64,000 bases of DNA from a bacterium (GTDB lineage: Bacteria; SAR324; XYD2-FULL-50-16): assembly GCA_032250835.1 (NCBI GenBank), contig JAVVEA010000006.1, positions 1 through 64,000 on the forward strand, given 5' to 3'. Shown one piece after another: positions 1 to 9,975 of this stretch (its first letter is position 1; each line of letters begins with the position of its first letter). The position numbers and the translations under genes were made by a program. The notes beneath the pieces are model-generated. The model was not told the origin of the DNA. It saw nothing but the letters and a program-made list of their open reading frames with translations, and did no database searches.

Positions 1-247
1 CCTAAATCGAGGTTCGTTACCGCAATTCAGAAATAACGCCTAATTCAAATTTTGTCTGAACTTTTCGGTCCACTATAGTTTAAGGTTTGGGCGACTTCGG
101 TCAAGGCTTCATAATCAGGTGACAGTATACTATTTTTCAGTAGACCTCAGCCCACCGGGGCTTTTTGGGGAATATGAGCCCAGGTGCAAAGATTCTATTT
201 ATATTGTGCGCCTAGGCGTATAAATTTAGATAAAGTAGAGAGCAAAG

Positions 248-421
248 ATGAAAGTCAAAGAACTGGAAAAATTGCCAAAAGAAGCGGGCTGGTCCAAGAC
301 CGAAGGCGCGAACCACAGCAAATGGAGCAAGGACGGAAAGTCTTTCCCCGTTCCGCGCCACCCCAGGGACATTGCCAAGGGCACGCTCAACGCAATTTTA
401 AAACAGGCGGGACTGAAATAG
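248..421 (+). CDS. hicA: HicA-family mRNA interferase toxin (57 aa, not in ORF track)
   Basis: Hand translation MKVKELEKLPKEAGWSKTEGANHSKWSKDGKSFPVPRHPRDIAKGTLNAILKQAGLK; G-x-x-H, VPRH and GTLxxILKQAG motifs; directly upstream of hicB. Confidence 0.9.
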   Translation: MKVKELEKLPKEAGWSKTEGANHSKWSKDGKSFPVPRHPRDIAKGTLNAILKQAGLK

Positions 422-437
422 CCCCGAGGAGGAAACC

Positions 438-842
438 ATGAAGACCTATTGGGCAAAATTCACCCCATCAGAGGAGCCGGGTGAGGAAGGGGTAATCTAC
501 GTCACCTTCCCAGGCTTGGATAACCTATTCACCGATGGGCGTGGCGTAGAACAGGCGCTAGACATGGCGCGGGACGTGTTGGCACTGGTGCTGGCTGAAG
601 CAGAAACCCTACCCAAACAGCCTAAGCGCGAGAAGTTGGAGTTGGCTTTAAGACCCGGTGAACGGCTTTACCCGGTCCCGCTGGACCCGGCTCTGCTCTA
701 TCGCTACGCGCCGAAGCAGAAAATTAACGCCTCCTTGCCTACCGCCCTGGTGATCCGCATTGACGAGTATCGCGCGGCCACCGGCCAAGACCGTTCAGAA
801 TTCCTGAAACATGCGAGTGAAGCTTATTTAGAGCACCACTAG
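438..842 (+). CDS. hicB: HicB-family antitoxin with C-terminal ribbon-helix-helix
   Basis: YVTFPGL..TDG..EQALDMARDVL N-terminus; KINASLP...ID...RSEFL C-terminus; AGGAGG RBS. Confidence 0.9.
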   Translation: MKTYWAKFTPSEEPGEEGVIYVTFPGLDNLFTDGRGVEQALDMARDVLALVLAEAETLPKQPKREKLELALRPGERLYPVPLDPALLYRYAPKQKINASLPTALVIRIDEYRAATGQDRSEFLKHASEAYLEHH

Positions 843-931
843 CACCATCCCGCCCGGTGATCGTCGCCGTATTTGTTGGCGAGACATCGGTATGCCCGAC
901 AGCCCGCTGGAGCTTTGGTTTTTCCTGCAAG

Positions 932-1438
932 TCAATATAAGCGAGAAAGACGTTTTTCCTCAAACCAACTCCACAGGTCATTTGGCTTCACAACAGCCGC
1001 CGGTTGAGCAGGGAAAGTCACCCCCTTTTCATCTACCCCTATAAAAATTTCAATCCGGTGGAATTTATATATGAATCCTGTTTGCGTTTCGCGTGACTTA
1101 AATTGTTTTTTAACTTCAGCAAACCCAACCGAGGGCAGGCTCCCAAGCACGTTCAGCCCTTTTAATTTCGCCAAATTTGGGAAAGAAATAAGGTGTTTTA
1201 AATCTTCGCTGACCAGCGAGTAAACCTCGATTTCGACCTTTTGTTTTCGATCCAATATCGCGTGCCCAAAGCCCCAAAGGAGGTGGAATATCCTTGCTAA
1301 ATATTCCTTATCACCTCTCGCCTCTTCGGTACGCACCCATTGAGCGTATTTATCGCTGGGCCATGCCTCTCCTAGGTAAACGTCCGTTTGATCAATAATC
1401 AACGGTTTACCAGCAAAATTATAGTCTATTATTTCCAC
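932..1438 (-). CDS. hypothetical protein (AT-richer than neighbours)
   Basis: 168-aa ORF with AGGA upstream of a GTG start; no recognised motif. Confidence 0.6.
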   Translation of the reverse strand: MEIIDYNFAGKPLIIDQTDVYLGEAWPSDKYAQWVRTEEARGDKEYLARIFHLLWGFGHAILDRKQKVEIEVYSLVSEDLKHLISFPNLAKLKGLNVLGSLPSVGFAEVKKQFKSRETQTGFIYKFHRIEIFIGVDEKGVTFPAQPAAVVKPNDLWSWFEEKRLSRLY

Positions 1439-1490
1439 GAAATTCCTAAGTTAAAATCAGGGGGCGGTATCCCACGTATAATAGCCCCTT

Positions 1491-1677
1491 AGGGTGGCGG
1501 GGGCTTGAACGGAGGATACTCTTCCACCAACCACTTTGTGAGCGTATAAGCGGGCAGGGTTACTTGTACTTTCGGGCCTACCCCATTCGGGTTTCAACTC
1601 AATTGCTAAGCACTGAGGCGCTCGAAGTCGTGAAGTCAGGGAGCAAAAATCAACGAAAGCCTACTGTAAACGCCCCT
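1491..1677 (+). ncRNA. candidate ~187-nt rod-shaped RNA, 6S-like
   Basis: TATAAT at 1477-1482; ends pair (AGGGTGGCG/CGCCCCT, GCGGGGGCTT/AAGCCTACTGT); inner helix ACTTTGTGAGCGT 1533-1545 with GCGCTCGAAGT 1618-1628; G-U pairs favour + strand. Confidence 0.4.
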
Positions 1678-1961
1678 TAATGTCTCTTCTTTAACTCGCC
1701 TGCCGCCTCAGGATCAACCACCGCTTGGGCTAGCTTCAGCTCGGCGCTGCTGGGGAAGGGGTAGAGGTTTTTGTAGTCGTGGAATTTCAGGCCTGGACGC
1801 TCGCGTAGGTTTTCGGCGACCAAACGGACCATCTCTTCTTCGCGGATTGCCGCCAAGGCGGCTGGGTCATCTTCGGGGAAGGCTTCGGCTAGGTCCTCAG
1901 GCTCGGTGATGCGGTCGCTGTCTTCGGCGAACCAAGCAAGCAAGCGGTCTTTCAGCTCCAT
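1677..1961 (-). CDS. hypothetical acidic protein
   Basis: 94-aa ORF starting 1 nt after the stop of the upstream gene. Confidence 0.65.
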   Translation of the reverse strand: MELKDRLLAWFAEDSDRITEPEDLAEAFPEDDPAALAAIREEEMVRLVAENLRERPGLKFHDYKNLYPFPSSAELKLAQAVVDPEAAGELKKRH

Positions 1962-1962
1962 C

Positions 1963-2592
1963 TTACCCCTTCTTAAAGTGCAGGACTTCCAACATCCGAT
2001 TTTTGCCCCAAGACCAATGCTGGGTGAAGCCCAAGCCTTCCAACTCGGCCACCAGAGCGGCCCGGTCCAGCGGTTGGGCCACTTTGAGCAGGTCCTCTAC
2101 GTCTTTGGCCACTTCGGGGCCTTCGGCCTTCCAGGCCTCCATCGCTTCGGTGTCGCTAAAGAGCGCGGTCAGGGTCAAGCGGCCCCCGGGAGCGACTTTC
2201 CCGGCAAGGCCCGCAAAGTAAGCTTTGCGCTCAGCAGCATCCATCAAGTTGGGGGCTAAGGTTGAGAAAGCGGCGGGGAAACCGGATTCTTCAAAATCCT
2301 CTAAGCGGCCTTCATGGAAGGCAACCCGGCTGTCTAAGTCCAAGGCCTCGGTTCGCTTGATGGCGGTGAACAAAAATTCTTTGTAAGGCTCGACAACCTG
2401 AATCCGCCAGTGGGAATTGGTCACTGCCAAGCCGATCACCTCCTGGCCTTGGAAGGCCAGCGGGAAGAGCAGCCGGGCGTTGTTGTCCACCGCTTGCAAA
2501 TGTTTGGCGTGGTTCTTTTTGGTCATCGCCTTGAGGTCGCTGCGCTCACTCAAGATTTGGTAGGTCACTTTGAAAGCGGTGGGGAAGTCCAT
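1963..2592 (-). CDS. class I SAM-methyltransferase-like protein
   Basis: RVAFHEGRLEDF and AGKVAPGGRLTL resemble MTase motifs; glycine-rich motif I appears degenerate. Confidence 0.55.
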   Translation of the reverse strand: MDFPTAFKVTYQILSERSDLKAMTKKNHAKHLQAVDNNARLLFPLAFQGQEVIGLAVTNSHWRIQVVEPYKEFLFTAIKRTEALDLDSRVAFHEGRLEDFEESGFPAAFSTLAPNLMDAAERKAYFAGLAGKVAPGGRLTLTALFSDTEAMEAWKAEGPEVAKDVEDLLKVAQPLDRAALVAELEGLGFTQHWSWGKNRMLEVLHFKKG

Positions 2593-2879
2593 AAGCTAAG
2601 TCTACTCAGGTTGATTATGCGAATATAACGATGCGGTATCTTACCCTGCCCCATGCTGAAAGAAAAGCCCCTTTTCATAAGAGATTCTATAAAAAAGCAG
2701 GAATCTTTAGGGGCTTTGCCAAAAAGCTCAATCTGTTGGGGTTGTTGATTGGCGGGTACGGGGCTTGTTGGGGTATACAAAATGGGGTAGGTAAGGGTTA
2801 CCGCTTCAAAACGGGTCCTTTGCCCAAGTTGAACCCTGTTGAGCGGCCCGTTGACGCTCTGTCATTACCCCTTGGAAGC

Positions 2880-4412
2880 ATGCGTAATTGGTGGCTGGCG
2901 ATTTTCTTTTTGATCTGGGCCCAACTGGCTTGGGCCGACTGCCGGACTTGCCATAAACTGTCTTGGCCCACTCCGGCCCACGCCCAAACGGCCTGTGTCG
3001 CCTGCCACCAGGGCCAAGCCCAAGCTACCACCGAAGCCGAAGCCCACCAAGGCCTGTTATCCAGCCCCGGCCAGCCGGAGGGGCGCGGCTGTGGGGCCGC
3101 TGACTGCCATAAAAAAGAGGTGGCTCAACATAGCGGTAACTTGATGAACCACGCATCCGGTTTGATCGAGACCACCCAACGGGCCTTTGGCGAACCGCCA
3201 CAAGCCAAGTCTGCCGCCCAACTGGGCCATCAGGGGGCCGAAAGCTACCTACGCAAGTTATGTATTTCCTGCCATTTAGGTACGGTGCTCGATTCCAGCC
3301 AGCCGGTCTTGGCTTGGCGCGGTGGGGCCTGTTTGGCTTGCCACTTAGGCGAGGCCAAAGCCGGGGTCCACCGGTCCCTCGACCTGCCCCGCGACAACCG
3401 GCGCTGTTTCGGCTGCCATAGCCGCTCGGGCCGGATCGCGCTGAGTTATGCCGGTTTGGCTGAACGGGCGGCACCCCAGCCGGGTAGTGTTTATCTTTTC
3501 GACGGACGCCCGGTCACCAAAGAGACACCGGACGTGCACAGCCGCGCCGGATTGCTTTGTACCGATTGCCACACCCGGCGCGGGGTGATGGGTGACGGTA
3601 GCGCAAAGGCCAAGGGCGAGCAGCGCGAAATCGCCTGCCTAGACTGCCACGGCGTCGAACGCCAGCCACCCTTTACAGCCCAGCGTTTTGGCAGCCCACT
3701 GCATAACCTACGGCAAAAAGCGGGGCGGCGTTTTTTAAAACCTAAAGCCCAAGGCGGAATGTTAGCAGTGCCGCTAGTGGACGCTGAGCACCAGACCCCG
3801 AACCATCAGCGCTTGAGCTGTGACGCCTGCCATGCGGGCTGGGCCCCGCAGTGTTATGGTTGCCATCTGGACTACGACCCTAAGGGCCAGCAGTTTGACC
3901 ACGCCCAAGGCAAAATAACCCCTGGCCGGTGGGTGGAGACCGGTTGGGACTATCAAGCAAAATTACCGGCCTTGGGTTGGTATCAAGGCCAAGTCACGCC
4001 CTTTGTTCCCGGCATGATCTGGACCCGGCAAACCCCCAAGGGGCCGCAGTCTGCCAGTATCTATGCCCCCCTTTCGCCGCACACCACCACGGGAGCGCGT
4101 AGCTGCGCCTCTTGCCACCAGAATCCAGCCGCCTGGGGCAAGGTGCCGGGCACTTCCGCCTCACCCCAGGGGGGTTGGGGTTTACCCCGAGCTTGGGGCC
4201 CCCAAAAGGGACCGGAGACGCTGCACCTCCAAGCCCGGAAGTTTAACGAATTTGAGGTGGGAAAATTCGAACGGGTGGGAGGCTGTTTGGAGTGCCATGG
4301 GGAAAAGTCCCCAATTTACCAAAATTTTTCAACTTCCCTAAAGCGTGCTTCAACACCGCAACACAGGGATGTGGCGGAAAAAAAAGGGCCGGTTGCCAAA
4401 AGCGGTAATTGA
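2880..4412 (+). CDS. periplasmic multiheme cytochrome c (11 CxxCH + 1 CxxxxCH), ExtM-like
   Basis: Signal peptide MRNWWLAIFFLIWAQLAWA from ATG 2880; heme motifs counted by eye; CHSRSGRIALSY and PDVH...CTDCHT...VMGDG segments. Confidence 0.85.
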   Translation: MRNWWLAIFFLIWAQLAWADCRTCHKLSWPTPAHAQTACVACHQGQAQATTEAEAHQGLLSSPGQPEGRGCGAADCHKKEVAQHSGNLMNHASGLIETTQRAFGEPPQAKSAAQLGHQGAESYLRKLCISCHLGTVLDSSQPVLAWRGGACLACHLGEAKAGVHRSLDLPRDNRRCFGCHSRSGRIALSYAGLAERAAPQPGSVYLFDGRPVTKETPDVHSRAGLLCTDCHTRRGVMGDGSAKAKGEQREIACLDCHGVERQPPFTAQRFGSPLHNLRQKAGRRFLKPKAQGGMLAVPLVDAEHQTPNHQRLSCDACHAGWAPQCYGCHLDYDPKGQQFDHAQGKITPGRWVETGWDYQAKLPALGWYQGQVTPFVPGMIWTRQTPKGPQSASIYAPLSPHTTTGARSCASCHQNPAAWGKVPGTSASPQGGWGLPRAWGPQKGPETLHLQARKFNEFEVGKFERVGGCLECHGEKSPIYQNFSTSLKRASTPQHRDVAEKKGPVAKSGN

Positions 4413-4493
4413 ACAATATTTAAAAATCCGTATAAACTGAAGCCAAGGTTGTTATCTAAGATCACCGCGAATTCGCCCTTTCCTGATATACCC

Positions 4494-6674
4494 ATGACGG
4501 CAAATACTTCACGCAGAGAATTTCTGCAAATCTCCTCGGGTTTTTTGGCTACCAGCGCCATCGTCGGACAGGTCCCTTTTCTAGGGTATGCACCCAATGC
4601 TGAGGCCGCTCCCGTTGCCGACAAGATTGTGCCCACCACCTGCGAACTGTGCTTTTGGCGCTGCGGGGTGGACGCCCACGTAAAGGATGGCAAGGTTTTT
4701 AAGCTTACCGGCCAGATGGACCACCCCCTTTCCAACGGCCACCTCTGCCCGCGCGGCACCGGGGGGATCGGCCTGCTTTATGATCCCGACCGCCTCCGTA
4801 CCCCCTTGATCCGCAAGACCGACGCCGACGGGACCCAAAAGTTCGTTGAGGCTAGTTGGGAAGAGGCCATTGCGTTGATTGCTAAGAAGTATGAAGAAAT
4901 GACCGCCGCCAATGAGGCGGACAAGATCGTTTTCTTTTCTCATGGCTTCGGTTCCAGCTTCTTTAACCGCCTCTTTGCGGCTTACGGCATCCTCAACCAC
5001 GCACACCCCTCCTACGCTCAGTGCCGCGGGGCCCGAGAAGAAGCCTTTGGCATGACCTTCGGCCACGCCGTGGGTAGCCCCGAGGGTTTGGATATTGCCA
5101 ACTCGGAATATTTGGTGCTGATCGGCAGCCACCTAGGCGAGAACATGCACAACACGGCGGTGCAGGACTTTAGTGAGGCCGTATCACGCGGCTGCAAGAT
5201 CATCGCCGTGGACCCGCGCTTTTCGGTGGCCGCTTCCAAGGCCGAGCGTTGGTTGCCTATTAAGGCTAGCACCGACTTGGCCCTGCTGCGCGCCTGGATT
5301 CGGATCTTGATTGAAGAAGAATTGTACGATCATGAATTTGTCAAAGCCAACTGCATCGGCCTTGAGGAGCTACGCGCCGGAGTGCGAGACGCCACCCCCG
5401 AGGCGACCTTTGCCATCACCGGCATTTCGGTTGAGGATATCCTGGCTGTGGGTCGTGACCTGGGTCGTTATGGTTCCAAGGCATTGGTGCATCCTGGACG
5501 GCACGTAAGCTGGTATGGCGATGACACCCAACGTTCTAGGGCTATTGCCATCTTAAACGCTTTGTTGGGTAACTACCGTATGCCCGGCGGTCTGATCCAC
5601 CAAACCAAAAAGTTTGGCGTCGGCACCCCCTATAAATTCACCAAGAAAGAGGGGGGCCACCATTATAAATCTAGGTTCCCCCTAGCGTCCCAGACCCCGG
5701 CTAACGAGGTGGTCGATGAAACCAAGAAAGGGAACTTCAAGTCTTGGTTCGTTTACGGCACCAACTTAGTCCAGACCTTGGGACATGTGGATGACACCAT
5801 CGAAGCCATTAAGGCCTTAGACTTCCTGGTAGTGATCGACGTTTTGCCCATGGAAATCACGGGCTATGCGGACGTGGTCCTGCCCGAGGTAACCTACCTG
5901 GAACGCTACGACGACCTGGACGACCGGGTTTACCGCCGCCCCTACGTGGCCCTGCGCCAGCCAGCAGTACCCCCCTTAAAGGGCTTAAACGCCAAACCGG
6001 GGCATGAGATTGCAAAATTGCTGGCCCAGGCCTGGAAACTGGACCCCGGTCTTTTCCCGCCCATCGAAGAATATTTGGACAACCGCCTCAAGACCGTGGG
6101 CAGCAGCCTCAAACAGATGTCTCAGGTGGGGGTGATGGTCAAAGAAGACCCGGATATTTACCGCAAACCCGGAGAACAACTGCGCTTTAACACCCCAACC
6201 GGTAAGATTGAGCTGTCTTCGACGAGGCTCAAGGCCGCTGGGTTCGACGGCGTGCCCCAATATACCTCGCACCCAGAGAACCCTCCAGGCTATTTGCGGC
6301 TGATCTACGGCCGGGCCCCGAACCATACCTTCGGGCGGACCTCAAACAATCGTTTCTTGGGCGAGTTGCTGTCCGAAAATGAGCTTTGGATCAACCGGAT
6401 CACCGCCCTGGACTTAGGTCTGGTGGACCAAGAATATGTCTTTTTGATCAATCAAGAGGGCAAGAAGTCTTCATCTAAGGTGCGCCTGAAATTGACCGAG
6501 CGCATCCGGCCGGATGCCGTCTATTTGGTGCACGGCTTTGGCCATACCGACCCCCGGCTCAAATGGGCCTTCCACCGGGGTGTGAGTGCCAACGAGATGA
6601 TCACCCAGCTGACGGTGGACCCCATTATGGGTAGCACGGGCATGAAAAACAATTTTGTCACCTTTGCAAGATGA
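4494..6674 (+). CDS. psrA: polysulfide/thiosulfate reductase catalytic subunit (PsrA/PhsA type, Mo-bisPGD)
   Basis: TAT motif [14 protein letters not shown]...C FS0 cluster; Cys ligand region [15 protein letters not shown] motif. Confidence 0.85.
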   Translation: MTANTSRREFLQISSGFLATSAIVGQVPFLGYAPNAEAAPVADKIVPTTCELCFWRCGVDAHVKDGKVFKLTGQMDHPLSNGHLCPRGTGGIGLLYDPDRLRTPLIRKTDADGTQKFVEASWEEAIALIAKKYEEMTAANEADKIVFFSHGFGSSFFNRLFAAYGILNHAHPSYAQCRGAREEAFGMTFGHAVGSPEGLDIANSEYLVLIGSHLGENMHNTAVQDFSEAVSRGCKIIAVDPRFSVAASKAERWLPIKASTDLALLRAWIRILIEEELYDHEFVKANCIGLEELRAGVRDATPEATFAITGISVEDILAVGRDLGRYGSKALVHPGRHVSWYGDDTQRSRAIAILNALLGNYRMPGGLIHQTKKFGVGTPYKFTKKEGGHHYKSRFPLASQTPANEVVDETKKGNFKSWFVYGTNLVQTLGHVDDTIEAIKALDFLVVIDVLPMEITGYADVVLPEVTYLERYDDLDDRVYRRPYVALRQPAVPPLKGLNAKPGHEIAKLLAQAWKLDPGLFPPIEEYLDNRLKTVGSSLKQMSQVGVMVKEDPDIYRKPGEQLRFNTPTGKIELSSTRLKAAGFDGVPQYTSHPENPPGYLRLIYGRAPNHTFGRTSNNRFLGELLSENELWINRITALDLGLVDQEYVFLINQEGKKSSSKVRLKLTERIRPDAVYLVHGFGHTDPRLKWAFHRGVSANEMITQLTVDPIMGSTGMKNNFVTFAR

Positions 6675-7219
6675 GCCGAGAACGTAAATACGCCATGATC
6701 ATCGACACCCAGCGTTGTGTCGGTTGCTCGGCTTGCGTCTACGCCTGCAAGTCGGAAAATAACGTCCCCGAGGGCTTCTGCCGCGATTGGGTCGTTTCGA
6801 TCACCGAGGGGCGCTACCCCAATCTAACGCTCACTAACCGCTCAGAGCGCTGCCAGCATTGCGAAGATGCACCCTGCGTCTCCAACTGCCCAACCGCAGC
6901 GAGCCACTATGCCGGTGACGGAACGGTGCAGATCGACCGGGATTTATGTACGGGCTGTAAGGCTTGCATCGCTGCTTGTCCCTATGATGCGCGCTACATC
7001 CACCCGGGCGGTTTCGCCGACAAATGCTCCTTCTGTAACCACCGCATCCAGGCAGGGATGACGAGCACCGCCTGCACCCAAGTTTGCCCCACCGGCACCT
7101 TGAATCTGGTGGACCTCAATAGCAACGACGGCAAAGCCGAAGCGCTCTTAAAGGGCCGACAGGTGAAACAAGACAAGACCCACGCCGGAACGAAACCCAA
7201 ACTCTTTTGGCTGGTGTAG
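6671..7219 (+). CDS. psrB: 4x[4Fe-4S] subunit (PsrB/NrfC type)
   Basis: [28 protein letters not shown] motifs; overlaps psrA stop. Confidence 0.9.
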   Translation: MSRERKYAMIIDTQRCVGCSACVYACKSENNVPEGFCRDWVVSITEGRYPNLTLTNRSERCQHCEDAPCVSNCPTAASHYAGDGTVQIDRDLCTGCKACIAACPYDARYIHPGGFADKCSFCNHRIQAGMTSTACTQVCPTGTLNLVDLNSNDGKAEALLKGRQVKQDKTHAGTKPKLFWLV

Positions 7220-7221
7220 CC

Positions 7222-8142
7222 ATGACTGAAATCGTATCGAACAAACTCAACCCCGACGTCCTGCCCCATTTGGCCATTTGGAATTGGGAGGTGCCGGTCT
7301 ATCTGTTTTTAGGTGGTTTGGCCGCCGGTCTTTTGGTGATTAGCTCCATGAGCTTGATCTTGCGTCAACGCTCCAACAGCAAACCTACCGTCAAACGGGC
7401 GGCCTTATTGGCCCCGATTGCTTTGAGCGCGGGCATGTTTTTCCTCTTTTTGGATCTTGCCTTTAAGCTGCATGTTTGGCGCTTTTACACCGCCTTCGTT
7501 TGGACTTCTCCCATGTCTTGGGGTAGTTGGATGTTGGTGGTCTTTTATCCCTTCTCGATCCTGCAAGCGGCCATTCTCTATAAAGAAGAACTCCGCGCCA
7601 AGTTTGGCGGGCTGGCCTTTTTGGACCAAGCTGAGACCCAATTGAGCAAGATCGCGGTGGTCAATGCCCACATTGGCGTGGGCGTAGGTGTCTATACAGG
7701 TATTTTGCTGGCGACTTTTTATGCGCGCCCGCTTTGGTCGAACGCCGTCTTGGGCCTGTTGTTTTTGCTTTCGGGCCTTTCGGCTGCGGCGGCCTTGATG
7801 CTTTGGATGGCCCCCCAGACCGAAAAGCGCATCTATTCGCGCCTGGACATGTATTTGCTCTCTTTAGAGGGCTTTGCCCTGACGGTCTTCGTGATCGGTG
7901 GCTTGACTGGAGACGCCAATCGAGCCCAAGCGATGTGGAGCTTCTTGACCGGTCATTATGCCCCTTGGTTCTGGTCGATCACTATTGTGGGCGGCTTGTT
8001 GCTGCCTCTGGTGCTCGAAACTATGGAAACGCTGGGCAAAAGCAAGTTCAGCTTCTTTGTGCCGTTGCTGGTTTTGATCGGTAGCCTGAGCCTGCGCTTC
8101 ATCTTGGTCTTTGCCGGCCAGTCGATGCCCACCTTTTCCTAA
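7222..8142 (+). CDS. psrC: NrfD/PsrC membrane anchor
   Basis: WEVPVYLFLGGLAAG, DL, SPMSWGSW, YTGILL motifs; ~8 TM helices. Confidence 0.9.
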   Translation: MTEIVSNKLNPDVLPHLAIWNWEVPVYLFLGGLAAGLLVISSMSLILRQRSNSKPTVKRAALLAPIALSAGMFFLFLDLAFKLHVWRFYTAFVWTSPMSWGSWMLVVFYPFSILQAAILYKEELRAKFGGLAFLDQAETQLSKIAVVNAHIGVGVGVYTGILLATFYARPLWSNAVLGLLFLLSGLSAAAALMLWMAPQTEKRIYSRLDMYLLSLEGFALTVFVIGGLTGDANRAQAMWSFLTGHYAPWFWSITIVGGLLLPLVLETMETLGKSKFSFFVPLLVLIGSLSLRFILVFAGQSMPTFS

Positions 8143-8156
8143 TCCAAAGAGGAATC

Positions 8157-8684
8157 ATGTCGAACAAAGAAATCACGGCCCAACCCTATTGGCCTAACCT
8201 GCTGGCCGGAATCGGCCTGGGATTGGTTTTGTTGATGGCCTATTACATTGCCGGGCGCGGCTTGGGCGGCTCTGGTGCGGTGACCCGCGTCGGTGCGGGG
8301 CTGCTGAATCTGGTCGCCCCGGAACATACCGGGGGCCTCGAATACTTTTCCCGCTATATCCGAGAAGGCAAGGTCAGTCTGAACGACTGGTTGGTCTTCC
8401 AGACCATCGGCGTCTTCTTTGGTGGCTTTGTCGCCGCCATGACCGCCGGTCGCTTCGGCAAGACCATCGAACATGGCCCCCAAATCACCGCCAAGCAACG
8501 CTTGGGCTGGGCTTTGTTGGGGGGGATTATTATGGGCATCGGGGCGCGGATCGCGCGCGGGTGCACCAGCGGTCAAGCCTTATCGGGCGGAGCTACCATG
8601 GCCCTAGGCAGTTGGGTCTTTATGCTGATGCTCTTCGCTGGGGGGTTCCTGGCGGCTATCTTTTTTAAGAGGTTGTGGCTATGA
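8157..8684 (+). CDS. YeeE/YedE sulfur (thiosulfate) transporter family
   Basis: GGIIMGIGARIARGCTSG motif; hydrophobic. Confidence 0.9.
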   Translation: MSNKEITAQPYWPNLLAGIGLGLVLLMAYYIAGRGLGGSGAVTRVGAGLLNLVAPEHTGGLEYFSRYIREGKVSLNDWLVFQTIGVFFGGFVAAMTAGRFGKTIEHGPQITAKQRLGWALLGGIIMGIGARIARGCTSGQALSGGATMALGSWVFMLMLFAGGFLAAIFFKRLWL

Positions 8685-9277
8685 ACGAGATCGTCGCGCC
8701 TTTGGCTAAAACCGGCTATTTGGGGCCGGAAATTAATTTGGTCTTCGCCATGCTGATCGGCGTGGGCTTTGGGTTCTTTTTAGAACGCGGCGGTTTCGGC
8801 TCGTCACGCAAGCTCACCGCCCAGTGGTTCGGCAAGGATTGGAGCGTCTTTCGGGTGATGTTCAGCGCCATTGTGGTCGCGCTCTTCGGCATCGTCTTTT
8901 TAGACCTCTTGGGGCTCATGCCCTTTGAGCGGCTTTACTTGAACCATACCTACTTGGTGCCCCAAATCTTAGGTGGATTGATGATGGGTGCGGGGTTTGT
9001 GATCGGTGGTTACTGCCCCGGTACGAGCTTTGTGGGCTTTGCTTCGGGTAAGTTGGACGCCTTGGTTTACATCATCGGGTTGTTGCTGGGTTCCGTCTTC
9101 TTTGGCGAAGCCTATGACCTCTTTGCGCCGATCATGGAGATGGGCGATATGGGGAATATTACGCTGCCCGAGTTTTTTGGACTGCCTGCTTTGGTGGTGG
9201 GGCTGATGGTTTTAGCTCTCGCCGCAGGTGGCTTTTGGGCCGCAGCTAAGGTGGAAAACCTCGTTAAGGACAAATAA
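8681..9277 (+). CDS. YeeE/YedE sulfur transporter family, second subunit
   Basis: GVGFGFFLERGGF and GGYCPGT motifs; ATGA overlap with previous gene. Confidence 0.9.
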   Translation: MNEIVAPLAKTGYLGPEINLVFAMLIGVGFGFFLERGGFGSSRKLTAQWFGKDWSVFRVMFSAIVVALFGIVFLDLLGLMPFERLYLNHTYLVPQILGGLMMGAGFVIGGYCPGTSFVGFASGKLDALVYIIGLLLGSVFFGEAYDLFAPIMEMGDMGNITLPEFFGLPALVVGLMVLALAAGGFWAAAKVENLVKDK

Positions 9278-9280
9278 ACG

Positions 9281-9877
9281 ATGAACCTTTCGCCAGACTA
9301 CAAATGGGTATTGCCCGGCTTTGGCCTGCTGATTTTGGTGGCCATCGCGCTGACGAATTATAAAGGTCCGGCTCCTTGGTATGCTTCGGTAGAAGACTAC
9401 CAAATCAGCCAGATTTCGCCTGCTGAATTGGCCCGCTGGATCGTCGAAGGGCGCAACGACTTTTTGGCCGTGGCCGTCGGGGATTCTGAAGAGCTGAACA
9501 CCATTCCGGGTTTGATCCGGGTTGCCAACCAAGAAGAACTGGCAGCGGCACTCAAAAAGTACCCGAATTATAAAAAGTGGGTGATCTTAAACAACGGCAG
9601 CCCGTTGTCTCCGGAAATGGCCCAAATGGCCACCCAGGACTGGGAACGCCGCGTGATCCTGCTCAAAGGGGGCGTACCCCAGTGGCAGGCGAGGATCGGC
9701 GCAGAAGAACTAGATTGGAGCCAGATTCCAGCTGAAGAAACGGCGGAACTCAAAGAAGTCCGCGCCTTCTTCCACCAGGGTGGTGCTGCGGAAGCGGAGC
9801 AATATGTGGCCCCTAAACCGGTGGTGATGCCTTTCTTGGCCGACCTACCACCGCCGCCGAAAGCCGAGGGCTGCTAG
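9281..9877 (+). CDS. membrane-anchored degenerate rhodanese-fold protein with a single C-terminal Cys
   Basis: N-terminal TM helix; ISPAELARWI and ILLKGGVPQW rhodanese motifs; ends PPPPKAEGC. Confidence 0.7.
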   Translation: MNLSPDYKWVLPGFGLLILVAIALTNYKGPAPWYASVEDYQISQISPAELARWIVEGRNDFLAVAVGDSEELNTIPGLIRVANQEELAAALKKYPNYKKWVILNNGSPLSPEMAQMATQDWERRVILLKGGVPQWQARIGAEELDWSQIPAEETAELKEVRAFFHQGGAAEAEQYVAPKPVVMPFLADLPPPPKAEGC

Positions 9878-9975
9878 CCCAGCTTTGGCGATTCGGGCCG
9901 GTTGAACCCGGCCCATACCTTAGGCCCTAGAGGGGGAGGCGGGGTCTACTTCTATATCTGGATTTTCAGGAGGTT

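Noticed and set aside
184-456. ORFs 184..441 (+) and 226..456 (-)
   Set aside because: Alternative frames over the real hicA at 248..421
2631-2879. N-terminal extension of the cytochrome ORF; similar over-long starts for psrA, sqr, tusA, dsrE, and ORFs 16218, 31918 and 60787
   Set aside because: Signal peptides, RBS sites or family motifs point to later starts
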